From contig DATBRF010000110.1 of NCBI GenBank assembly GCA_036560425.1, forward strand, positions 10,081 through 74,080: a stretch of 64,000 nucleotides of DNA. Reading direction: 5' to 3'. The stretch is from Methylocystis sp. (GTDB taxonomy: Bacteria; Pseudomonadota; Alphaproteobacteria; Rhizobiales; Beijerinckiaceae). Both the position numbers and the translations under genes were made by a program. Positions 37,195 to 45,933 of the stretch are shown piece after piece. The notes beneath the pieces were generated by a model, which was given only the letters and a program-made list of their open reading frames with translations, made no database searches and was not told the origin of the DNA. Position 1 is the stretch's first letter. Every line of letters begins with the position of its first letter.

Positions 37195-38100
37195 TTACTG
37201 GAACAGCTTGAGGATCAGCTGCGAGTTCTGGTTGGCGATCGAGAGCGACTGGACGCCAAGCTGCTGCTGGGTCTGGAGCGCCTGAAGGCGGGTCGACACC
37301 TGGTTCATGTCGGCGTCGACGAGCGAGCTCACGCCGGTTGTCAGAGCGTCGCTCAGCGTCTGAATGAAGGTCGCCTGCGAGGCGACGCGCGCCTGAACCG
37401 CGCCGATCTGCGACGCATAGTCGGTCAACCGCGCGATCACATCGTCGGCGTTCGAGAGCGTATCGGCCACGGCGCCCGATTGGACGTCGGCGGAGCTCAG
37501 ATTCGTGAAGTTGGTGGTCGCGGTGGAGCCGCTCGCCTGCGCCTGTTCCAGAATGCCCGTGTTGCCGGCGTTGGTGAGATCCGTCGTGGTGAGGGAGATA
37601 ACGCCCACGGTCGACGCCGCGCCGCCCCCATTCGTATAGGACGCGACGAAGTTCACGTCCGGGCCGGTGCTGCCGGTCTTGGTTGTGGTCGACCCGTCGA
37701 GCAGATTGATGCCCGTGATGGTCGCCGACGAAACGATGCTGTTCAGCTGCTGGCCGAGCTGCTGGAGGCTGGTGCCGATCTTGTTGAGGTCGGCGCCCGG
37801 CGCCTGGGCCTGGGCGACCGCGTCCTTGATGCTGTTCATCACGCTGATCGCGCTATTCACCGCGGCGGCGGCGACGTTCAGCGTCGATCCGGCGAAGTTC
37901 AGCGAGTCGCTGACGGTGGACAGCACGCCATTGTCGGATTTCATCGTCTCGGCGATGGACCAGGTCGAGGCGTTGTCCTGGGCGCTGGAAATCTTCAGAC
38001 CGGTCGAAATCTGCTTCTGCGTGACGTTGAGCGCGTTCTGGGTCGCGCGAAGCGACTGCAGAGCGGTGATGGCTGACGGGTTCGTATTGATGCTCGACAT
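37195..38100 (-). CDS. fla: flagellin (copy 2)
   Basis: 301 aa with conserved flagellin N- and C-termini. The central third differs from copy 1. Confidence 0.95.
   Translation of the reverse strand: MSSINTNPSAITALQSLRATQNALNVTQKQISTGLKISSAQDNASTWSIAETMKSDNGVLSTVSDSLNFAGSTLNVAAAAVNSAISVMNSIKDAVAQAQAPGADLNKIGTSLQQLGQQLNSIVSSATITGINLLDGSTTTKTGSTGPDVNFVASYTNGGGAASTVGVISLTTTDLTNAGNTGILEQAQASGSTATTNFTNLSSADVQSGAVADTLSNADDVIARLTDYASQIGAVQARVASQATFIQTLSDALTTGVSSLVDADMNQVSTRLQALQTQQQLGVQSLSIANQNSQLILKLFQ
37253..37471 (-). repeat. near-identical segment shared with flagellin copy 1 (36140-36358)
   Basis: See 36140-36358. Confidence 0.8.
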
Positions 38101-38400
38101 GACTCGTCGATCCCTTTCGGTAAGTGGATTACTGGAGGGACATACCGGACTTTCACCGGTTCGACGGAATTGGCGTCATGCCTCGGAAATTGATCCGATC
38201 CGTTGTTTTGGCGAGTCGCCATTGAGTTCGAGCGCTCGACAGCTCGACAATGTCATTTCGACGAGCCGTAAGCAAATAGATACAGGACAGATAATTAAGA
38301 AAAGGTTTAAGAAAATCGCGAACCTCCACACGAAAGCGCCGATACGCGCCATTGCCCCCGCCGGGATTATGCAACGCAGCGCACAAAGGACTGCTTCAGG

Positions 38401-38961
38401 CTAGGCGGATGTCTTGCGCCTCGAACGGGCGCCCGCGTGGCCTTTCCGGCTTTCGGGTTCGATTCCGAGGCAGGACGCATAGCGGCTTGCGAGCTCGCCG
38501 ACGCGGCCCAACACTCTCGCCTGCTCCGCCGGGCAATCGAATATGCCGCACATGAGAGAGCTGTAACGTTGGAAGTCGGACAGGCTGAAACCCTTGTTCA
38601 ACAAGCAATCGAGAATAACGACGTCCCCATGGCCGAGTCCGAGACCGCCTGCAATTCGCTCGAGGTCTTCTTGCCTAAAAGCGGGTCGCTCGGCCGGCGA
38701 AGGAATTTCCTGGGGCGCTCGCTGAGGGGATGTTGCAGCGCAGCGCTCCAACGGCTTCCCAGTTGGAGCGGCGTCGTTCACGATCGAGACATCGCGCTGA
38801 AGCAACCTTTCGATCTCCATGAGCTTCGCTCTTAGCGCCGTAGGCCGAGCAGCATCGACGAGCCTCTTCTCGACATGCGGGATTTTGAATGCTTGGTCGG
38901 CGGTCATGGACATCCTCGGTCGCGCCTCCCCAACAGGGAAGTTTCCGAAACATCTCGGCAT
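38401..38961 (-). CDS. hypothetical protein downstream of fliI
   Basis: 186-aa ORF; internal ATGs at MSMTADQ are more likely starts. N-terminal helix RAKLMEIERLLQR, Pro-rich linker, and a C-terminal Cys-containing domain (VILDCLLNKGFSLSDFQRYSSLMCGIFDCPAEQ). No family recognised. Confidence 0.4.
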   Translation of the reverse strand: MPRCFGNFPVGEARPRMSMTADQAFKIPHVEKRLVDAARPTALRAKLMEIERLLQRDVSIVNDAAPTGKPLERCAATSPQRAPQEIPSPAERPAFRQEDLERIAGGLGLGHGDVVILDCLLNKGFSLSDFQRYSSLMCGIFDCPAEQARVLGRVGELASRYASCLGIEPESRKGHAGARSRRKTSA

Positions 38962-39051
38962 TGACGCGAGTCAAACGTAAAAGCCTCAGCTGTTGCGGAG
39001 CTGAACTTTACGCGTTTTGTCGCCGGGAGAACAGAGACGACCTGCGCTGAG

Positions 39052-40371
39052 CTATCGGAGACGCTGCGCCAGCTCCTCGAGCGCGAAGGCGCTCGGCGGG
39101 TCCTGCGGGGTCTGGCGCAAGGCGTCATATATGAGGGGCGTGACGGCGACGGCGCGGTCGAGCTCGGGGTCCGTCCCGGGATTATATCCGCCGAGCATGC
39201 GCAGATCCCGAGTCTCTTCGAACTTCGACAGCATCGAGCGTAAACCCATGACCATCTGCCGCTCGTCGGGCGACCATACCCGATCCGCGAGCCGGGAAAT
39301 CGACTTGAGCAGATTGATCGCCGGATATCGGCCCTGTTCGGCGATCTCCCTTTCGAGCACGATATGCCCATCCAGCGTGCCGCGAATGCAGTCCGCGACC
39401 GGGTCGTTATGGTTGTCGCCGTCGACCAGAACCGAATAAATTCCGGTCACCGCGCCCGCGCCCTCCTCCCCCGGTCCCGCCCGCTCGAGAAGACGCGGCA
39501 AATCGGCGAATACGCTCGGCGTGTAGCCGTTGGCGACCGGCGGCTCGCCTGACGCCAGGGCCACCTCGCGCGCCGCATGCGCATAGCGGGTCACGGAGTC
39601 GACGATCAGGATGACGGATGCGCCGGCGTCTCGGAAAAATTCAGCGACCGCCGTGGCCGCCAGCGGCGCCATGCGCCGCATCATCGGGCTTTCGTCCGCC
39701 GTCGCCACGATCGTGACCGCGCCGCCTGGGTTGGACGACAGCACGGTTTCCACGAAATCGCGCACCTCGCGCCCTCGTTCGCCGACGAGACAAATGACGG
39801 CGACTGAAAACCCTTCTGATCGCGAAAGCATTTCGAGCAAGGTCGACTTGCCGACGCCAGAACCCGCGAACACGCCGATCCTTTGTCCCTCGCAGATCGG
39901 CGTGAAGGCGTCGATGGCGCGGACGCCGGTACGCAAAGCCTTGGTGATCGGAACTCGGCGCATCGCCGAGGGCGGGGGCGAATCCAGAAAATACGGTTTT
40001 TCGCCCGCTCTGACCGGCCCTCTTCCATCGACCGGCCGTCCGAATGCGTCGAGCACCCTCCCCCTCCAGGAGTCGTGAGGCGACAATTCGATGGGGCCTA
40101 CGAACCGCACCTTCGAACCGAGGCCAGCGGGGCAGTTGTTCTCGAACGCTTTGACAATGACGCCGTGCTGATCGATTCGAACGACCTGAGCCAGCGTCTC
40201 GCCGCGCGGGGTTTCGATCGCGACGCAGTCTCCGAGCTTGACGAATTTCGAGAGCCCCGCGGTCCTGAGGAAGGTTGGCGTCACCTCCAGGACTTCCCCG
40301 GAAATCGTCACCTGACGTTCGCTGCGGCCGAACAATTCAGCCAAGCTCAGCAGCCGTTCTAGCTCAGGCAT
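39052..40371 (-). CDS. fliI: flagellar export ATPase FliI
   Basis: 439 aa with Walker A GSGVGKST and Walker B ILIVDSVTR. F1/FliI-type. Confidence 0.95.
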   Translation of the reverse strand: MPELERLLSLAELFGRSERQVTISGEVLEVTPTFLRTAGLSKFVKLGDCVAIETPRGETLAQVVRIDQHGVIVKAFENNCPAGLGSKVRFVGPIELSPHDSWRGRVLDAFGRPVDGRGPVRAGEKPYFLDSPPPSAMRRVPITKALRTGVRAIDAFTPICEGQRIGVFAGSGVGKSTLLEMLSRSEGFSVAVICLVGERGREVRDFVETVLSSNPGGAVTIVATADESPMMRRMAPLAATAVAEFFRDAGASVILIVDSVTRYAHAAREVALASGEPPVANGYTPSVFADLPRLLERAGPGEEGAGAVTGIYSVLVDGDNHNDPVADCIRGTLDGHIVLEREIAEQGRYPAINLLKSISRLADRVWSPDERQMVMGLRSMLSKFEETRDLRMLGGYNPGTDPELDRAVAVTPLIYDALRQTPQDPPSAFALEELAQRLR

Positions 40372-40400
40372 CCTCGTTCACCAGGTCCCAGGGCGGTCCG

Positions 40401-41123
40401 TCAAGCGCCGCCAAGCGTTCGAATGGCGTCCTTCTGCGCGGAGTCGAGCGTGTCATACACGGAGTTGACGCTTTCGAACGAACGCGAGGTCGTGATCAAC
40501 TTTGTCAGCTCCGCCATGGGGTTGATATTGGCGCCCTCGATGAATCCTTGCGTTATCCCATTGACCGAGAAATCCAGGATGGGCGTTGCGGGAAGCGAGG
40601 GAATGACGCTGGAGTTCGGCCCTCTCGTCAAGGCCGCCTCGCGGTCTATGGAGAATAGACCGAGCGCGCCAACCTGAATATCGCCTTGATTGACCATGCC
40701 GTCGCGAAAGATCATGGGCGGGCCCAAGGTTGGGTCCAGGGTGATGGGCGCATTGCCGGCATCCAGGACCGGATAGCCCTCCAAGGTCCGGAGCTCGCCT
40801 GTCTCCATCATCTTCAGGCGCCCGTCGCGCGTGTAAGCAACCCCGTTCGGCGTCCGGATCGCCAGCCAACCCTCACCTTGCACCGCGACATCGAAAGGAT
40901 TGTCGGTCTTTGTCAGGGGACCCTGCGCCGTGGAGATAAAATCCTTGCCGGACGAAGCATAGGCGGTGGGCGTTGGACCCACCTTCGACAGCGTGGTTTC
41001 GAAAGTAACGCCGCTCGCGCGATAGCCTATCGTGCTCGAATTGGCGACGTTCGTCGCGATCGTGGACATGCGCTTGTCGAGAGCGAGCTGTGACGACAGG
41101 GATACGTAATATGACGACAGCAT
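40401..41123 (-). CDS. flgF: flagellar proximal rod protein FlgF
   Basis: 240 aa with an N-terminal MSTIATNVANSSTIGYR and a C-terminal IEGANINPMAELTKLITTSRSFES. Confidence 0.9.
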   Translation of the reverse strand: MLSSYYVSLSSQLALDKRMSTIATNVANSSTIGYRASGVTFETTLSKVGPTPTAYASSGKDFISTAQGPLTKTDNPFDVAVQGEGWLAIRTPNGVAYTRDGRLKMMETGELRTLEGYPVLDAGNAPITLDPTLGPPMIFRDGMVNQGDIQVGALGLFSIDREAALTRGPNSSVIPSLPATPILDFSVNGITQGFIEGANINPMAELTKLITTSRSFESVNSVYDTLDSAQKDAIRTLGGA

Positions 41124-41343
41124 TCTCGATTCTTTTCCCTGTTTCGAGCAAGCGGTGACTTCCTGATGATAAAAAGCCCGCCTTGCGCGAAACTGCGCTG
41201 GCGCCAGAGATTGTCATCTCCCACTAAACCCACGCGCCAATTCAAGTCTTAGCCGTTGCGGGTCTCAGCGATTACGACTACACCCAGTATAGGGGTTGAT
41301 TCGCGTGAGCCCACACGCAGGTCCATCCGCCGGGAGACGCCGA

Positions 41344-42042
41344 ATGTTAATTATCGTTGATGAAAGGGAAATTGTAACGAGCGCGTATACCAGTCGGTTT
41401 AGTCAAGAGGGCGTGTACTCGACGGGTTTTGGTTTCGAGCAGTTCGTTGATTGGGTGGACTCGGCCCGCGAAAAGGACTTGCAGGCGATTGAAGCGTTCT
41501 TGATCGGCGACTGCCCGGACAGGGAAGAGCTCCCGCGGCTCATCCGCCGGCACTCGCAGGCGCCTGTCATTGCGATGAATGATGCATTGTCGCTGGAGCA
41601 AACGCTTGGCCTGTTCAGCGCCGGCGTAGACGACGTCGTGCGCAAGCCGATCCATGTGCGGGAAATACTTGCGCGCGTTCACGCGATTCGCCGCCGCGCC
41701 GACGCCCGGCAGGATTACGCGACCTTCGACCGCATCCAGGTTTTCTTCGATGGACGCGACCCCGTCATCGACGGCGAGCTCTTCCCTCTGCCTCGCCGTG
41801 AAAGGCGCGTCCTCGAGCTCCTCGTTCTGAACAAGCGTCGTCGCCTGACGAAAACGCAGGTTTTCAACGCCGTCTATGGGTTGTTTGACGAAGAGGTCGA
41901 AGAGACGGTGATCGAGAGTCACATCAGCAAGCTGCGTAAGAAACTGCGCAAGAAGCTGGGCTACGATCCGATCGATTCGCAACGGTTCCTTGGATATCTC
42001 TTGATTCCGCAGGCCGAAGCCGGCGAAAGGTCAGCGTCTTGA
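41344..42042 (+). CDS. orphan OmpR-family regulator, FtcR/Rem-type flagellar activator candidate
   Basis: [23 protein letters not shown] receiver-like domain plus a winged-helix region ([40 protein letters not shown]). GGGAG RBS. Divergent from flgF-fliI. No kinase gene adjacent. Confidence 0.7.
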   Translation: MLIIVDEREIVTSAYTSRFSQEGVYSTGFGFEQFVDWVDSAREKDLQAIEAFLIGDCPDREELPRLIRRHSQAPVIAMNDALSLEQTLGLFSAGVDDVVRKPIHVREILARVHAIRRRADARQDYATFDRIQVFFDGRDPVIDGELFPLPRRERRVLELLVLNKRRRLTKTQVFNAVYGLFDEEVEETVIESHISKLRKKLRKKLGYDPIDSQRFLGYLLIPQAEAGERSAS

Positions 42043-42053
42043 TTCAAAGCCGG

Positions 42054-42084
42054 CCAGGAGGACGCGGACGCCGCGTCCTCCTGG
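42054..42084. terminator. bidirectional terminator-like hairpin between convergent regulator and flgL
   Basis: Perfect 13-bp stem CCAGGAGGACGCG/CGCGTCCTCCTGG with a 5-nt loop. Only a weak T-tract. Confidence 0.55.
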
Positions 42085-42169
42085 TTGGCGTCGCCGGCGT
42101 CGCGAGGGGAAGCGAACGCCGAGCTTGCCTGCATGCCTTCGCGCGCCTGCCGGCCGGACGATCGATGCC

Positions 42170-43216
42170 TCACAAATATTTTGCGAGGCTCAGCTGCTGG
42201 ATCCGCGCGGTCAACGAGTAAGCCGTTTCGATTTGCGTCATCAGATTATTGACCGTGACGCTCGCCTCCGTCGGATCAACGTCCTCCAGCGTTCCAATCT
42301 GCGTGTTCAATAGATCCTTCGTCGTGGCCATATTGTCCTGGGCGCTTTGGACGTTGCTTTGCATAACGCCAACTTTTTGCTGCAAATCCGTAAGACCCGA
42401 AACGGCTTGGCTGAAATAGTTCGTCGCGGTCGAAATGACGGCCTGGGCCGCATCCGCGCCCATATTCTCCAGACCAAGACCGGCGAGCATCGAGTAGCCG
42501 GCCGCAAGCTTCTGCATCGCCGGATCATTGGCCGTCACAGACGTATCGCTTGTCTGGGTGACCGAGATGCGGTTTTGAAGGGGCTGATTCGAGGCGGATG
42601 ACCAGTTGGCCGTCCAGTTCGCAGCCGAGAACAAATTCGCCATCGGCCCTGACAGAAAGGCGCTCATTTGCGCCCCCGTTATCGTGGAGACGCGGGGGTC
42701 CGACGGCGGAAAACCAAAGGTGCTGGTGAAAGCCCCTTCAAGCGCGGTTTCTGCTGCGCTCGGTGGGTTGCTGGAATAGTCGGCCACCGGCGGCTTGTCG
42801 CCGTTGACGCCGCCGAAGACGGGGACGCCGCCGTCCGAGACATTCAGCGTCGATATCATGTTGCCGAGCGAGGTTTTCGCCTGCTGGACGATTGCGGAGG
42901 CGTTGATGACGCCGCCTTGCGCCGGGACCAACGCCTTCAGCACGTCCTGAGCGTCGCTTGACAGCTTTTGCAGAGACGTTTGCGTTACGGAAAGACGCGA
43001 AAGGACGACGTTGTTGCTCGCCGTTATCGCGTCGATATCGGACACGCTCAGATGCATGGTCGAAGATCGCGTGAATTGGGACCCGAGGGCCCCAACCAAA
43101 TCGGCATACTGGCCCGTCGTCACCTCTTTTTGAGCGACCGACAGCCGCTTCTGCAGATCGACGATCGAGTTCGTCAAGGTATTCGACAGGGATGCAGTGG
43201 AAATCCCCGAGATCAT
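42170..43216 (-). CDS. flgL: hook-filament junction protein FlgL (HAP3)
   Basis: 348 aa with flagellin-like termini (C-terminal VNNLMTQIETAYSLTARIQQLSLAKYL). Follows flgK. Confidence 0.85.
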   Translation of the reverse strand: MISGISTASLSNTLTNSIVDLQKRLSVAQKEVTTGQYADLVGALGSQFTRSSTMHLSVSDIDAITASNNVVLSRLSVTQTSLQKLSSDAQDVLKALVPAQGGVINASAIVQQAKTSLGNMISTLNVSDGGVPVFGGVNGDKPPVADYSSNPPSAAETALEGAFTSTFGFPPSDPRVSTITGAQMSAFLSGPMANLFSAANWTANWSSASNQPLQNRISVTQTSDTSVTANDPAMQKLAAGYSMLAGLGLENMGADAAQAVISTATNYFSQAVSGLTDLQQKVGVMQSNVQSAQDNMATTKDLLNTQIGTLEDVDPTEASVTVNNLMTQIETAYSLTARIQQLSLAKYL

Positions 43217-43226
43217 CGGCCTATCC

Positions 43227-44711
43227 TCATGGTCTTATGGCGTCGAACAAGGTCGTGTAGAGCGAATTTACCGACGCCAGCAGTTTGGCGGTTGCTTGAT
43301 ATGAGTTTTCCAGGTCCAGCATTTTCGCCATCTGGCTATCGAGGTTGACGCCGACCGCGTTCGACAGCGCCGTCGAGCTCTGGCTGAGCATCGCCTGCTG
43401 ATAGGTGTTGGCGCTGTCCGCCTGCTGTTTTTGAGCGGCCAGCCAGCCGTCCGACAAGGTCGCAAACCCGGTTAACGACACATTCGCGCCGAGGCCCGCG
43501 CTGGGATCGAAAGATTGCGGGCTGGAAAGAGACGCGATGAGCTGCTCGATACGCCCTGTATAAAGCGACCCGCCCGAGCTGTTGTAGTTATAAGCAGGGT
43601 TTGTTGGATCCGAGATTCCGCCGTCGCGCAGGCGCGTCGGATCGCCGCCCTGGTTGGGATCCACATTGGCGTTCACCTGGATCTGACCAGCCAAGCCAGG
43701 TATAACACTAGCGCCAGGCACGCCTGTGGCGCCTGGATAGGTGAAAAGCCCCGGAAGAGACGGCGCGCCGCCGCCGGTTTGATCGCTCTCCGAAAACGCC
43801 GAGACAAGGCCCCGCGCAATCTCGTCGAGCTGGCTTTGATACGCCGGCGCAATATTGTCCCTTAATTGGGTCAGCCCCGCGAGATTCCCGGAATGTATGG
43901 TGGTCGCGAAGCCGCTCTGCCCGGTGATCTGCACGCCGTCGACATAGACGGCGTTTCCAGCGACGCCAGCGGAAAGAGCAGGATTTGGCTGGAAGGTCAC
44001 CGAGCGCGGCGTCGTTTCGAAAAGCGTCACGCCGCTATCGGTGAAGATCATCATATCGTTGTTGGGACGCACGACGGTGGTGATCCCGATCTCGGAAGAG
44101 AGCTGCGTCAGGAGCGAGTCTCTCTGGTCGAGCAAATCGGTGACGTCCTGGTTCTTGCCAGTGCCCGCGACGATCTGATTATTAACCTCTTCGAACTTGC
44201 TGAGAATGGAGTTTATGTTCGTGACCGAGGTGGCGATCTTCTGATCCGCGTTCTGGCGCACCCCCTGCACGAGGGCTGTGGCGTTATTCAACGAACCGGC
44301 CAGGTCTTTGGCGGCGGTAACGACGCCAGCCGCCACTGTCGTGTTGGCCGGCGAAGCATCATAAAGCTGCAGGGCGGAAGAGAGCTTTCCGATAAAGGAA
44401 CTCGGCGACGAGCTGGCGCCATTGCCGTCGACGTTCAACAATTGAGCGATTTGGGCGAGTCCGTCGTCGATTACGGACGACTGCGCCCCGCCGGACGTCG
44501 CCTGAAGCTGGCTCTTGAAAAGCGCCGGGTTCGTCGCGCGCGTGATGCTGTCCACTTGCGCGGCGCCGTCCGAACCCGTGCTCGTCTGCGCCGCGCGCGC
44601 AGAATAGCCCGGCGTGCTGGCGTTCGAGATGTTACGCGAGAGGATGCCGATCTCCTGGGAGATCGTTCCGAGCGAGGTACCCGCTATCATTCCCGCGATC
44701 GAAAGAGTCAT
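43227..44711 (-). CDS. flgK: hook-filament junction protein FlgK (HAP1)
   Basis: 494 aa with an N-terminal ILSRNISNASTPGYS and a C-terminal LDLENSYQATAKLLASVNSLYTTLF. Confidence 0.92.
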   Translation of the reverse strand: MTLSIAGMIAGTSLGTISQEIGILSRNISNASTPGYSARAAQTSTGSDGAAQVDSITRATNPALFKSQLQATSGGAQSSVIDDGLAQIAQLLNVDGNGASSSPSSFIGKLSSALQLYDASPANTTVAAGVVTAAKDLAGSLNNATALVQGVRQNADQKIATSVTNINSILSKFEEVNNQIVAGTGKNQDVTDLLDQRDSLLTQLSSEIGITTVVRPNNDMMIFTDSGVTLFETTPRSVTFQPNPALSAGVAGNAVYVDGVQITGQSGFATTIHSGNLAGLTQLRDNIAPAYQSQLDEIARGLVSAFSESDQTGGGAPSLPGLFTYPGATGVPGASVIPGLAGQIQVNANVDPNQGGDPTRLRDGGISDPTNPAYNYNSSGGSLYTGRIEQLIASLSSPQSFDPSAGLGANVSLTGFATLSDGWLAAQKQQADSANTYQQAMLSQSSTALSNAVGVNLDSQMAKMLDLENSYQATAKLLASVNSLYTTLFDAIRP

Positions 44712-45066
44712 GATGTTCCCATTCGCTAGAACAGCGGACCGAGCGCCAAAGGCTCCGGCGCCGGGCGAGGCGCAAGAAGTGATCGAACTGGAGAGAAATG
44801 CGGCGCGTTACCTTCGCCGCGCCAGCTGAGACTGCCCCGAGCTGGAAACGCGACGAACGCCGCCTTCATGGCGGCCGTAGGATCAGGACCAGGCAGCGAC
44901 TGCTCAGGCGGCCTCGATCTCCGCTCGCCTATCTAGACAGCGACCTCTTAACAGTCTGTTTAACATGCGCGGAGATTGCATTTTTTTGCCAGGCTTTCCC
45001 GAAGCTTGCGGCGCATTGCAACGAGTCGCCCGGACGCATTCAACACGCGCCGCCAGTGCGATAGGA

Positions 45067-45666
45067 ATGAACCGCAATCTGATTCTCTGTCTTGAACCCA
45101 AGACCGCGAGAGCCGCCATGCAGAAGCCTGCGCCTTCCGAAAAGATTCCGACCGCCTCCAATAAGCGAATCTCCGAGAGAGGCGGAACACGGCAAACGCC
45201 CGTCGCAGAGCGAGCCTTGCACGTCGCGACAATCGGGCTCGCCGTCGGGGCGACCGCTTTCGCGGCGCAAATGATCAGCGATTCGAATCGCGTCCCAACC
45301 TTCGCCGGCTCGGAACATCTGATGATATTTGGCCGGCCGGCCACGCTCGCCGCTCGCCGCTCCCAGGAAAATCCTGCGTTGCTCGCCGCAAACAAGAACG
45401 GCATCGACTACAACCCCGTCGGCGGCCTCGGAAACAAGGACGCGCGGAAGGACTTGCGTGATTACACTGTCATAGAGGCGAATCAGAGCGGGGCTCTCAT
45501 AAAAGATCCTCGTGGATCGCTGATGCGCGTCTCGAGAGGAGCGCTGGTGGCGGGCCTCGGCAGGATCGAGGATATTATCAGAGAGGGCGATCGCTGGGCG
45601 GTCGTCACGCCGCGCGGTAGGATTCTGGAAGCCGTTCCCCAATCCACATCCCCCCGGGATGAGTGA
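45067..45666 (+). CDS. hypothetical single-pass membrane protein
   Basis: Start uncertain (44965, 45067 or 45118). One TM (LHVATIGLAVGATAFAAQMI) and a C-terminal beta-rich segment GALIKDPRGSLMRVSRGALVAGLGRIEDIIREGDRWAVVT. Divergent from flgK. Confidence 0.35.
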   Translation: MNRNLILCLEPKTARAAMQKPAPSEKIPTASNKRISERGGTRQTPVAERALHVATIGLAVGATAFAAQMISDSNRVPTFAGSEHLMIFGRPATLAARRSQENPALLAANKNGIDYNPVGGLGNKDARKDLRDYTVIEANQSGALIKDPRGSLMRVSRGALVAGLGRIEDIIREGDRWAVVTPRGRILEAVPQSTSPRDE

Positions 45667-45933
45667 ACGCGGGCTCGGGCCGCGGCCCCTGCGAGAAGAA
45701 CTCGAACGGTCAAGTTACAGACCATTCAAATGGTTAAGCTAGAGCTTGCCCTCTGGACGTCCATCTGCCGCTCCCACAAGCTCAGCTATTTCTCGACTCA
45801 TTTACTTCGTTGTTACCAAACAAATGTTTTCACTGCCTGCTTAGGCATGACGCCTCTCTCTTGCGCCGAATGATCGGCGCCTCCGGTCGCGAATTTGGGC
45901 GCAACCGGTTCCTTCAACCATACGAGGCGGTTT

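Noticed and set aside
38295-38311. TTAA-N8-TTAAG upstream of flagellin copy 2, and a similar TTAA-N8-TTAAC at 44948-44964 upstream of flgK.
   Set aside because: The spacing is 8 rather than the 7 nt required for the CtrA consensus, so I do not count them as CtrA boxes. They may still merit inclusion in a relaxed motif scan.
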